60,000 nt of DNA from Lytechinus pictus (taxonomy: Eukaryota): assembly GCF_037042905.1 (NCBI RefSeq), contig NC_087252.1, positions 8,000,001 to 8,060,000 of the forward strand, given 5' to 3'. The notes beneath the pieces were generated by a model. The model did no database searches. It saw only the letters and a list, made by a program, of their open reading frames with translations, and was not told the origin of the DNA. Each line of letters starts with the position of its first letter. Position 1 is the first letter of the stretch. The position numbers and the translations under genes were made by a program. This document shows positions 37,579 through 51,000 of this stretch, one piece after another.

Positions 37579-38127
37579 CTATACATGGGTCAAATATACT
37601 TTTATTGTGATTTCAACTCCTGCACAGTCCTCATGAGCCCAACATCCACATAACTGGCATTCAATCCACTGGACTTCACCTTCATCATCATAAAAGAATG
37701 TCTCGCAGTAATGACAAAAATTGTGGGGTTTTATTTCTGCATCTTTTGGCACTTGAGTTGCTTGCTTTTGTTTGGATGCTTCCTTTGCTTCCTTTCCTTT
37801 GTTTCCCTTTGCCTTCTGTTGAGTTGTACTTTTTTTTCTGTGGAGCTTTTCTGTTTTCTCAAGTTCTCTGATATCATTTACATACTCTTCAGTAGTGAGT
37901 TCCCCAGATTGTTGTTTTCGACGTTTGCTCGTTTCCTGCGGACGAACTACTTTTTTGGAGAGGTTGTAGCTCTTGAAAGGACACATTTGCACTGCTGGTG
38001 CTGGGTTGGTCTTCATTGTAGCCGATTGAGGAGCAGTTGGTGGATCAGGTGGAAGAGAGGCTACATGAATAGTGTTAGATGTTGTGCTTGTCGAAGCGTG
38101 AAAAGTGATGTTCAATAGGAACTCCAT
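37579..38127 (-). pseudogene. K-rich region plus partial PHD finger, probably the 3' end of a pogo/Tigger-like transposase
   Basis: SGELTTEEY..K-rich..CHYC..WIECQLCGCWAHEDC; this layout is typical of invertebrate DDE_1 transposase C-termini; catalytic domain not seen. Confidence 0.5.
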
Positions 38128-39119
38128 AACTTTTATGTAATTTTTACCTAAAAGTGAATTTCACAAATATTATGTAAATCATTATGTAAACTACAAAACA
38201 CAATTTATTGTGTAAATATTACCTAACTTAAAGGAGAATGAAACTCTTGGAGCAAGTTAGCTTTTGTGAAAGCAGAAAAATAAAAGAATAAGATCAACAA
38301 AAGTTTGAGTATAATAGGACTAGCAATAGAAGAGATATGAGCATTTGAATGTCGAGATCACTAATGCTATGGAGATCCTCCTATTGGCAGCCTGAACTGA
38401 AGACAATTTTAACCTATATGGGGAGCAATGTGTCATTGCATCGTCATTGCATTACGTTTATGCTACACATAAAATGCGATCGGATGTTCTCCCATTTTAA
38501 TTTAAAAGACTTGACATGACGTCTTGAGAGTGATATCGACTTTAAGTATTCTTACAATTTAAAGAAAAAATAATTAAGTTGGGTTCACAATGAATACTGA
38601 ACAGTTTTTAACTCATTTTTGGCGAAACAGGTGCGAAACAAGCTACCATTGTATCTTTCTGGCGTATTAATCAAATCAACAAGTCATTACTATAGAATAT
38701 GACTATTAAATTTATAAAGGTTCCTCCATTGTAATTACTTCACACAGAGCTCTCTAAAACTAGAAGGCCATGAACCATTTACTGGCATGTTACACCATAT
38801 ATATAACACTTATTCAGTTTACACATGGTAATGGTAATAAGAGTTCTCAATTACAACTACGATCAAAAGAACCAAAAATTTTATATCAATGTAGTTTTCC
38901 CCATGTAATGTCATCAAAGAACATGCATTCTTGAACAACTTATGCTCTATAAATGGCAATGATCAAAATTGAGGTTTCAAAAAAATACTCAAAGAATCTC
39001 TTAAGGCTAAACCTTAATAAAAAAAACCCTGTTTAAACAAGGTGCATTAGTACCTTTTGAATATAAACAACAACCAAAAAATATATGAAAAACAGTTGAA
39101 TGCCTATTGGTCTTTAAGA

Positions 39120-39400
39120 GTTTTCTGGAAAGCCCTGAACTATCTGACAATGGGGCATTTTACTTGGCCTGGCATTTCATACATAATGCTTTGAATAAAT
39201 TCCCAAGTTCCTGAGCATTGCGCCTGATATTCAAGATTGTAGGCATAGCAAGCTTTGAAACACAGATCAACCGCACAGTGACAGTTTTAGTTTCAACCAC
39301 CTTTCCTTCAATGAGGCAAAGACCTGATGTGGTTCCAATTTTGTACCCCCAAGGCACAGTACATATGGCTGAAGTCGGTGTGCTCCTCTCGTGGACTGCA
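39120..39400 (-). pseudogene. degenerate last exon of a SAMD3-like EnSpm accessory gene
   Basis: Frameshifted QPYVLCLGG..IEGKVVE..VDLCFKACYAYNLEYQAQCSGTWEFIQ, paralogous to the exon at 42077-42391. Confidence 0.75.
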
Positions 39401-39799
39401 TGTAAAAACCTACATCAGATGAAAATGAGAGCAAACGATCAATGTCTTGACCACAGACAATGGGGGGATGCATTCTCCACAAGGCCTGCTACCCACTAGT
39501 GCCAACCTTAGAAGTCTCCTAAATGATGTAACATGAATAACCTTTATATGTATCCCTAAATGTCATCTCACATTAGAAACATAAGAAAAACCATCCTTAT
39601 CAGTGGCATAAACAACAAAATCCCATGATTTCATAATGAAATTGGCCTGAACTTATCTGCAAAATATACTTATCAGAATCAGGTTATAAAAAATTCACAG
39701 ATGCGATAATAACAATTGTAACCTATGTTTTGCATGGCTCAGTTTGTAGTGCATCCGAATCATGGTCGGGAGGATGATGATTCAAATCCCACACACTTA

Positions 39800-40770
39800 A
39801 AATAGTTGGGCAAAAAAATGCCCAACTTTTAACCAACACTGAGCAACATACGGTCCACACAACTATTGGTTAAAATCTGCCCAACTGATGTTGGGTAATC
39901 AGTTTGCTATGTGGTTGGGCAAATTAAATTGCCCATCAGTTGGTGACCCATCAGATTTTACCCAACTCTACAATTGCCTAACAGTTGGTTATATTTTCAG
40001 TTGGGTAATTTCTTGCCCAACCAATTTTACCCAGTTAGATATTGCCCAACCTTCTATTTGCCCAACTTTTGAGTAAGTTTAATGTTGGTTAATTAAATGC
40101 CCAACCAGTTTTTACCCAACTCCCAGTCTGCCCAACTTGCCAAACTCCCATCTGTTGTATAACAATTGCTCAACAATTTCTCCGCAATATCCATTTGCCC
40201 AACTTTCAAAACACCCATCTATTGGGTAATATTTGCTCAACAATTTCTCCACAATATCCATTTGCCCACCTCTCAAAACACCCATCTATTGGGTAATAAT
40301 TGCTCAACAATTTCTCCGCAATATCCATTTGCCCAACTCTCAAAACACCCATCTATTGGGTAATAATTGCTCAACAATTTCTCCACAATATCCATTTGCC
40401 CAACTCTCAAAACACCCATCTACTGGGTAATAATTGCTCAACAATTTCTCCACAATCTCCATTTGCCCAACTCTCAAAACACTCATCTATTGGGTAATAA
40501 TTGCTCAACAATTTCTCCACAATATCCATTTGCCCAACTCTCAAAACACCCATCTATTGGGTAATAATTGCTTAACAATTTCTCTGCAATATTCATTTGC
40601 CCAACTCTCAAAATACCCATCTATTGGGTAATAATTGCTCAACTTTATCTCCACAACATCTATTTGCCCAACTCTTTAATTCGTCTGTTGGATAATCATT
40701 GCTCAACACTTTCTCCATAACATCTATTTGCTCAAATCTTTTTCTCATCTAATGGGTAATAATTGCTTAA
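39800..40770. repeat. left subterminal repeats, including a 67-bp tandem array (~40150-40760)
   Basis: Unit CCATTTGCCCAACTCTCAAAACACCCATCTATTGGGTAATAATTGCTCAACAATTTCTCCACAATAT; dense TT(G/A)CCCAA motifs in both orientations. Confidence 0.9.
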
Positions 40771-42076
40771 CTGAAACACAAATAACATACAAAGTAAACA
40801 CATGTTGCTGTTTTCATCAGAAACGTAAAAACAAAACTTGTTAACATCGACTACAACATTCCAATTTTTGGTGAAAAAAAATACAACCTTTTAAGAAAAG
40901 TAAATGGAAATATAGCCCCTGTTTGGTGCAGCATGATAATGTTTAACTTTGATGTACTCTGTATGTATCCCACACACTCTGATTTCATACATGAATATGT
41001 GCATCATATATATTTTGTGGGTGTGGCATAGTGTTCATTTATCCTGACACACCAATACTCTGCCTTAGAGTGTTACCCATGCACACATTTTTGTGAAGTG
41101 AAAAAAAGAGGAAATAAATGCAAATCCATCTAGATTATTTGACATGTGCAGAAGTACAACATGAAAGTTTGGTTATCTGTGATGGTGAACAGGTACTGAT
41201 CAAATAACAAGGATACACATTGCCTACTATAACTTTTTGATTAGATTAAAGACAACAAAAATCAATTGACCCTATGCTATACTCAGTTTGAAAGATTTTA
41301 TTGATATTATCAATAATATCAATAAAATTTTGCAAAATGTAGATGAAAATGTTGACTTCTCTACTTCTGCTTTGCGCGATGTAAATTAATGCGTGCAGTC
41401 CATTCAGCAGAGAGTTCAGCGTAGGGTCAATGGACGATACACATTACATAAAAATTAATGGTACATGTAATTTACAATCGTATACCCCACTTGCTGTTTT
41501 AAATGCAGAAAATATCATAAATCATGTTTTATGAAGAAATATATAATTTTGATGTATGGGTTATGAAACAGTACTCTTGGGATTAAGACCGAACACGATA
41601 AGCATTTGTAAGATTTAGCCTTCTATTGATTTGAGAAGTTATACGCCAGTGCAAAAGATTTATAGCCAATATGTATTGTATTTATACTTGGCACATATTC
41701 ATTTGTTTTCTTAAACTTTCAAGGTGGGGATGTTAAGCAATGATTGGTATAAAAAAAATTAGGCCTTTCATCATTTTAAAATTTACACAAAGACTTCTGC
41801 TGTGTACAAATTCACTTTTTTTTTAATGTTGTTCAGCGATCCTCACCCCACCCTCAGATCTTCAGTCTTACACAAACATGTCTAAATTATGTAAAATAAT
41901 GTGTCGAATCCAACTCATAACAGTTTGCCTTTTAGGTTATTTTGTCCAAAATAATCCTTTTTTCCAGTTTTTTTTCTCCAAAAATAAAGTGGTTCAAGTG
42001 GCCGATGATTTGTCAGTTTCATCTGTAAGAAATATATCACCAGTAATCATCCTTGGTGTGAACACAGCATGATGGC

Positions 42077-45000
42077 TTATGGCATGTTCATGAAGGCTCG
42101 GACCTCCCGCAGCTTTGGTGTAAGATGCTCCCCATCGGTAAACTGGAACACCACAATCTGGAGAAATTTCCAAACAGAACAGCTTTGCGGCTGATATTCG
42201 ATATCCATCACATAAAGTGCCTTAAAGCACAAGTCGACTGCTTTAAGCAGTGTTGTGGCAGGAAGTACCCTCCTCTCTACGACGACGTACGCCTGTATTG
42301 GTGTGAGAATGTTCCCACGCACAACAACAAATGGCTGTGGCCGGACTGCTTCATCAATGTTATCAACATATGTTTGGATGTCGAGAACCTCCTGTAGTCC
42401 AAAGAGAAATTATGAAGAAATCATTTGTAATAATATGGATTGATATATATATATATATATTTGATGCTTGTGGAATGCTTCTGCTTATGAATTCACAATC
42501 ACCTACAGTACACCCAAATTTGTTCATGCATGTTCATCCCTGTCCCATCAAAACAATACTGGGTATTCTAATATATCCCGCGGCAAAGGTCACCTGTACC
42601 CAAACTGGTCATGTTCAGAGCATTACATCAACTAAGCTGGAAGGCATACAGCCTGTTAATAAGCATGCATTTTTCACATGTCATTTGCAGGTTAAAGGAC
42701 TTGCTTGCATTCATGAGTGAAATGCGATGTGATGACAAATCTGAGGCCATCTGTAGTTGTACCACAGCTAATGACGAACTGACTTATTAAGATTAAAGTG
42801 CCTAGTGTTGCCCCTGCAGGGCCTCCTTGGGGACCTGCGTGCTCATTACTAGGAACTTGAAAATGGTTGCTTTTCAAGTTTGCACAAATAAAATGTTATG
42901 GCAATGCCTTATCTGGTAAGAACATAGGTATTGCATTTCAACCTCAATTTCATCAGTTGTCCTAGGTTTTAAACTCTTAACAAATTAACTATTGAATTTG
43001 TTTGTAATGAAATATGATTACTATGGCAAGATTTTAAACACAAAACAAAATATATATCTTACATGTCTTCTTTACCACCTCCCCAGCACAAAAACCACAT
43101 GTATACTTACTGGTTGAATGTCAATGAAGGACGACAATGTTTCTGCAGTGGTGTACGTTCCTCTCTTGGAATCTTTCCTTCCTCGGAACAAGACTGGGAG
43201 CATGTAGAATCCAAGATTGCTCTTTTCCTCTAAAAAGAGGGAAACAATGAAAGAGTTAAGTAATTAAGTCCCAATTACATATGAAGAAAAGGTGCAAGAG
43301 CAAACAGGTCAATTATGGAACATCTCACAAAATGTACAGTTACAGCAAATTAAAAATAACGGTCGAATACAACAATTATTTTCTACAAATATGGGTAAAA
43401 TCACTCAACGTAAATGTCAGTCAGTAATTTGAAGCTCAGCTTTCTGAGTAAACTGAGAAAATCAAAATTGCACAAACATCAGCATGGGCTTCCCAATGAG
43501 CTTTAAACCACCATCCCGCACCCCAAAAAGCAAACAATTTAACTGTACATTTTGTGAGATTAAACAAAAGAAGCAAGTAAAAGTATGCTAAACCTTTGTC
43601 ATGGAATCATGTTTTTATCATATATGTTGTACATGTATTATATGTTTCAGAGCACTTTTATTTATTTCAGTTCAATTCCTTACAGGGGGAATATTAGACT
43701 CAATGTTTGGTCCTGGCCACAAAAATAAACATCATATAGTGTAGTTGAAATAAATTCTTTTGACTTTCTCTCAAGTCATTTTCACTAATACTGTCAAGTG
43801 TGTGTTCTGACACCACATACCAAGACTGAGTTTCCCAGGGTCATGAATGTTTTCGAATTCGGCTCTTGCACTTCTCCAGTTGCCAGTTTTCTCGGTGAAG
43901 TCCACTACTTTGTTACAGAAAGTGGGCCACTTCTGGTACAGCGCGTTTGCTTTCTCTGGGAACAATACTGCAAAATCTCCTTCAATCTGTAATTGTTAGG
44001 ATAGTTATAGAAGCCAGATGAAAGGTAGGATATCTTTCATTTGCATCTTCTCTTTACCATGAAATTTCTTTTCATGATGTTACCTATACTCACTAAGAAT
44101 TATTGATTATTGATGAGGACTTGCAAGGATTTGAATGGTACACACTAACAATTATCGGTTCAATAGGGGTGCACGATTTCTGTAGGACTCGTCGTGCTTG
44201 CGCGTTCCTTAACTAGTGCAGGATTTTGTTCAAAGTACAAGATAGCTCCCGCATGATAATTCAAACCCCTACCCTCTTAGGGTGCAGATGTGCACCCTAA
44301 GATTGAGGTGCAGATAGGGGTTTGAATTCCCATACAGGAGCTATGTTGCACTGCGAACCAGTCCGTGCACTTGTAAGGGAGGGAATGAGCAAGTCGAGTC
44401 TTGGTACAGAAATCGTGCACCCCTATTGAACCGATAATTGTTAGTGTGTACCATTCAAATCGTTATCTTAACATCAATTGTGGCTATTGTAGGTGTACAT
44501 TCAATCCAATTTACTATCTTAGGTGCAGAAGCATACAAAAATAACAATTAAATTTTAAATTTAAATCTCTAAACAATATCTAAACAGAAACGAATAGTTT
44601 TGTATTTATTTACAAGACAAGAGTCACAAGACATAATAGATTTTTCCTTTTTTGAGGCACTTCTTGATTATTTTGAAGCGCGATTTTTTTAGGGCTTCAA
44701 TATTACACCGTATCACAGACACTGGTAACATGTAGGACCGTGTATCTCAGATTGCTAAACTATCCCTTTAAGGAGACTGCTAAAGTAAACCTGCCCATGC
44801 AACAAAAAAACAAAAAAGTTACTTCTCAAAACATGCGACTCTAGTTTAATTTAATGTCCTTTCTTGTCACATGCAGAAGAAAAATCAAGGTCCACATACC
44901 ATTCCAGCATCGAGAAGTCTGGGATATGTGGTAAGAATGTTCTTCACACAACAGTCACTTCTCTTGATCCAGTCATGTCTTTTTTTTGCCGTTTGTTTCA

Positions 45001-48000
45001 TGTAGTCCTTCACCATGTCCTCTGGCTCCTTGTTGTTACGCAGCCATTCTTCCATTGTCGCGATGTTATCATCATTCACAGACTCAAGATCAGTATCTCC
45101 TGGATATAATGCAACAGAACAATCAACAATTAGCATGTATCAACAAGTTTTTGATGATTGTATTGGAAGGGGGGTTTTAGTTGGCATTGCTCAGGCCCCG
45201 TCAGTTTGTTATGGCACAGTATGACTTCATCAGACGGATCTGAATAACTCATAACTTTAACTATATGAAAAAGTAGCCAGCATACCTTGCTTTTGAGACT
45301 GTGCCTCGTCTTCAGCTACTGGTACCCTCAGGGACTTCTCCTTCTTTCTGACGTACCTCAGATGCTCCTCCAGGTAGCCCGTTGCTGGCCGTCCCTTGGC
45401 CCCCACGCAGTACCAGGCCTCCTGCTCAAATAAATTAAAATTCCTTCATAATTCAACTTCAAAAACAGTAATGCTCAACAACATTTGTTAAACATTAATA
45501 ATAATCAAATAAAAGCACAATATAATTCCAGTGTTAGCTGTACATTTACATATTTTGTTTCATATGTCAGTGTTTGCAATAACAAGGTTTGTCCTCGTAA
45601 GTACCTATTTCTAACCGCACACTGTTATATTCCTGCAATGTCATCAAGTCATTGCAAAAACAAAGTGAATGATTGATAATTCTGTGAATATCCAATACTC
45701 AATGGCATGCAGAGACACAAGTCTAAATAAGAGATGTGTCATTACTTGATAATATAACTTATAAACAAGTGGTAAAAATAAACCAAAATATTGCACGATT
45801 TAGTGATTGATGCCATATTAGCTTTTCATTATTTGTAAGCTTTTCATGCCTGTCTACTGTTAAATTTACTATTGCCAGAGATGCTCTTATTATGCTTGTG
45901 ATACTGTGATACAACATGCAGTTGATATAGCATCTCTAATATAATAAATAAAAGAATACCAAAATTGAGGATGCTCCATAACAAGTTACACAAAATAATA
46001 TGATCCAGTATTCCAGAAGTTATTGCATAAACACATAATTTGTTTGATTTAGACCTTAAAGTGGCTTATTGCTTCTGGCTCAAACTTCTCATAAAATTTC
46101 ACTTTCTTGTAAATGGGGTCTGTGGGTTAGGGACAGATGGAGGGATGGATGGACAACCTAAGAAGATAATGTATCTGGCACCTCCAAGTAATAAATGCCC
46201 ACTGTGGTAAGAATCAATCCATAAATCAGTCCAGAAAAAAGTGGTGATCCGAGCCATACCTGAGGTTACATATATCAAGAAAAGCAATTCATGGACAGGA
46301 CTTACATAGCCAAGTGGAGATTCTGGATCTTTTAAGAAAGGAAAGCTTGTCACAATGGCATGGGCCATTGATGCCTTCACAAATGAGCTTGGCTTGGTAC
46401 CATACTCCCGTATCAGGTACTGAGTCAACATATCCACAACAGTATGCCGGTCCCTTTTGCTGCAGAGATTTGTAGCATTGATGTTCCTTAATGCTGCTCT
46501 TCCCATGGTGGTCTCTCTCAATATACAAGCAATGTTCTGCAACAGATAAAGGATTTTTTTTTTTAAAGATCAGTAAATTCAGAATAAAAAAGTGAAATGT
46601 GACAGCATGCAGTCGGTGGGTATGTCTCTGGCTGTCCGACCTTCTACAATAAGCCCATCATAAATCACTCACTGGGCATTCCTTGCAAACTTTGTTCTGA
46701 TAAAAAATTTCAATGAAACCTTGAAACTGACCTTAGACTAGCTTAAAACCCATAACCCCAACCAAACATTTTCCATAACATTCCTTTATTCATTCATACC
46801 AAAATGTACCTACATGTACCAAATCATATCACTAGCCATTCTGCAGATGTAGAAATAAAATGGTATTTTGAGTAAAAACTTGAATAACCTTTGAACTGAC
46901 CTTTCACCTTTGAGCCCTGCTGCTTGTCAGAAATACTGACGGACAGATATAACTCCAAGACATAATGCCTCCGGCACCCTTATGTGTTGGAGGCATAAAA
47001 ACTGATGAATGATGGTGACTCGACATGCCCACTCTTCAATTGTATAAGCCCACTATATACATAAACTTACGAAATGCACTTTCTTGACCCGTTTCAGGGG
47101 AGGATGTTGATCAGGACTCTTGGATTCTGGGGAGTCGTAAAGTGGCGTATCCAAACTGGGCTGGGAAGGGCTTTGTCTGGGACTCCACTCACTTCCTGTT
47201 ATACAAGAGAGATCTGAGCAGTCATCTAAGGAGAACACTGATGGGCTTCTTGTCGACGTTGATGCTTGTTCCATGCTTTGTTGATTTGCAGCATGATACT
47301 ACAATAAATAAATGAAAAATAATTGAACTTTCAATGTACATGTAAATAACTGATTATTCTTTACATTATTAATGACACAAAAAGCACCGGGTTAGACTTT
47401 AGTATTAAGTTTATATTCCTTGAAGGGGAAAATCATTCTCACTGTTTCTGAAGTCATATTTTAGAAAAACTTAGCATGAGTCATGGTATAAATTTAAGAA
47501 ATTACAACATAATATGAATGAATGCAAATATAACAGACACATTTTCAGATACAGAAACAATGAAGTTAATAACGAGTTAAAAAATTCAAACCACATATTT
47601 ACTGTAAAATTTTCATTGGAATAATCAAAATTTGTTAGCAAGTCAGTACAGATCAATCAAGGTTAACTTCTTAGCTATTTTTTCAATCAAAATGTGTAGA
47701 ATGATACACTAAGAACTGATTCATAGGTATAATTGGAATAACAGTTTCTTTCTTTTGCTTTGTTTTGGTTCTGTTCTCTTAGACAAAATTTGCAAGTGCA
47801 CCTGTAATGTCTAGTTGTAAAAATATATCACTTGCTTGCAACGGGTTGCCTACACGTACCTTCTTGTTCCTAGATGAATGAATGGTGCACCACAATATAC
47901 AAGCAGCGCCCTCTTCCACTATACGACTGGACAGCATTGACTGGCCTGTGATCAAACAGGTCACACCATTCAACAGCAGCTTGTGCTTCCTCTCTGCCCA

Positions 48001-51000
48001 CCTGTACTGCAAATGCTTCAACATGTCTGTTGAAGTACAAGGTCTGATACAGCCGAAGGAGCAGATACAACTTTTCTTGCACCACTACAATATGCTGAAC
48101 ACGTCCAAACATGGGTCCATCATCATCAGTCCAATATAGAAGTACATCAACACCTGCCCGGAACTCATATCCATGAATGTCCACTTTTCCAGCAACTGTA
48201 ACTTCGGTTCCCCTTCCACAGTTAATTTTTTTGCAAAGTGCCTCATCATCAAGTAGATCACCAAGCAGGGCTGCAGCTTGCTGTGACACATTGATATCTT
48301 GGCTATCCAGTGACTGATTTGATACTGACCTGTAGCACCGTGCCATTTGGTATCTGTTAGCCAATGTTTTGACAATGTTTTGGTAGTTGCAAGATACACT
48401 TGCAATCTGCTTGAAAGGTCTGTGCATTGCTTCAAAACGCAATGCTGAATACTGGGTCAGTGGCCCAAGGTGTTTCAGTGCACGTGGGTAATGCACAAGA
48501 AAGTGCTGCTTCGGAGTTAGACTAGCTTCAGGGAAGAGCTGCATGAAGAGCCTGTGGTGATCATCAATCATTGCCTTCAGGACATAGATGGCAGACTTAC
48601 TGATACTGGGACTCATAATGATTTTGAAGATGTCAATGATTGACAGTAAGAGTTCCCACTCATCACACATCTCATCAATCTTGTCTCCTAACATGAGAGG
48701 GATGTTGTATGCAAGGCACGTCATCTGTGCTGATGTCTGTCCACTGGCAGAATATGGATTCTTCAGTGATGCCTGCCTGATTGGGCTTGGTCTGTTTTTG
48801 CGGTCCACAAAGCCAAAATTGAATGAGGATATTCTACTGTTCACCTCATCCAGTGTTATGAAACCCTTCTGAACAAGTCTACTCAAAACAAGGTGCATTT
48901 CCAGGGGCAAGACTCCCTCTGTAAAATCATGCATTACATCTGGACATAAGTTTTGGGTGGAATGGTAGTAAGGCAAATCATTCAAAACTGTTGCATGCTT
49001 CAAGCCAGATTCTGACAAGGGCTTTTGAAGATCTGTATCATAGTTTATTTCATCACGGAGATATTGGGCATCCTCTTTTGGCTGTTTCTGAAGCAACGAG
49101 CGATGGCCTCTACAGAATCTACAGTAATAGTTGGCACGGAAACAGGTTGTACATCCCAGCATGGCATGAATGCCAAGATTGTCCCCTACAACTTGGAATA
49201 AGTAGGGTCTGACCCTCCCCTCAAACTCTTTGCACTTGATAATGAGTCCATCAGTCCACATCTGCTGCAGATCATCCTTGATTACCTTCAAAACTTCTGA
49301 GATGCCATATTTACTCAAAAGCGGAGATGTGATCATAGCTGTGAGCATGATATTTTCCAGCCTAGCCTGGTATTTCCTGGGAAGGGATAACACACTTGTA
49401 TAAAAGGCACTTACCTTGTGTTTGCCGCGTTTTGACCCAAGCGGATTGGCTGTCTCAAATTCATCATTGTACAACAACAGAGGCACTAAGAATTCACAAT
49501 CTTGTCTAGCAGTAGCATCCTGCCTTTTATAATAGTGACCATCTTTGAATAAATACAGAACATCATTATCTTCTGATCCTTTTTGAGACAGTATGGCGTT
49601 CATTACTCCTGGTCGCTCTAAGTATTGTTTGATAGTGTCAGCTAGTGGTATATATTGAAAGGTTTCTTTTTCTGTGCTTTGCAGTGGATCACCTGTCTTT
49701 CGATCAATTTTTGGTTTTAAGCAAGTTCCCAACAACACCTCACAAGGCTGAATGAAATCACCTTTCTCAGAGAAATATTTTTTCTGTTGAGTATCTGACA
49801 TGAGCTCTGAAAATGGATTCTTTGAATTCTCGAATACATCTTGTATATCAGATCTCAGCTCACTGTTAGCTGCATATTGTGGCTCACTTAAGATATCCAT
49901 GACATCCTGTTGCACAGTTTGTAACACAGAAATAACCAAATCTTGTGCTGTTTGAATGACCTTGTTGGTGTGTGAAGCAGGCACATTAGTCCTTGCCCTG
50001 AGTTCTGCTACAAACTTTGCTGCAATATCAGGTAGTCTCTCTGTTTGCGTTTCAAAAGAGACATCTTCCTGCTCACTGCTTTCTCCAGCAAACAATGCCT
50101 TTTCCTGGTGCAGTTGTTCCAAATTCCCTTCAGTGTTGTTATTCTTTCCTAGAACAGATCCTTCATAACAGGTTTCACTTTGGTGATCTGGAACTGCTTT
50201 TGTAGTTGTGCTTGACGTCTTGATCCGTGCAGCGTGCTTTGAAACGAGATGTTTTCTATATCCCGATAATGTACGAAATGTTAGTCTACATGCCCCTTGC
50301 ATGCATGTTATACTTACATTTTTTCCCCTGGTTGTTGTATGTGTGTATTTTAAATGATGGAATAGGCAAGAAATATCCCCCCTAATTAAATCAAGACACT
50401 GAAAGCATCTGTAACTATCCATAGTGAGATATTGTGCCACATGTAGGGCCTACCTCTGCACGCCACCCAGCGAGAAACTTCAATCGAGGTCCAATCTTGG
50501 GTATGAAGGATGTGATTATACTTTCACTTAGAAGGGGAAGGGTTTTCACATCAACTTCATTTTCTGGAGAAGAAGAGGGAGAGATTGATAAATAAGCATT
50601 AGTGCAGCATAAACTGATTGTTTTCATATAATACCACAAACACACGTATGGTTGGGCAAATTTAAAAAAAGTATATGTTTTAGGTAATGATAAGCTGTAA
50701 ACATTTGCTCATGTTCCAGCTAAAATATCTTTCATTTTGAATAAATCGCATAATCAATGTTTTATTATTCCACAAGGGTCTATGAAAATCGGAATTTTCA
50801 TATGCGATTTTCTCGAAAATTTGGTCTTCGTATAGAAAACTTACTTTTAGATCATACTAGCGAATTGTATCAACCAGTTGCTATTTATTTTCAGGTTATG
50901 TTACTAACATCCACACAATCAAATTAAGAATGGAAAACTTTTCTAAAGTCATACTAGTAATCACCTAAGTTTAGTCAAATTGTGCCTAATTTTTAACAAT

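Noticed and set aside
37579..38127. Host PHD-finger chromatin gene
   Set aside because: Isolated fragment with an incomplete finger, no exon chain, and a layout matching transposase tails
38229..38400. TTAAAGG-starting Kolobok-like MITE end (similar start near 14656)
   Set aside because: No matching opposite terminus found, so boundaries cannot be supported
40150..40760. CRISPR-like regularly spaced repeats (also 7645-9900, 54150-54730, 59105-59359)
   Set aside because: Units are repeated in full with no unique spacers, no cas genes are present, and the context is eukaryotic
47779..50205. Short antisense and alternate-frame ORFs over the transposase (likewise over integrase and pPolB)
   Set aside because: Shadows of long real ORFs with no independent motifs
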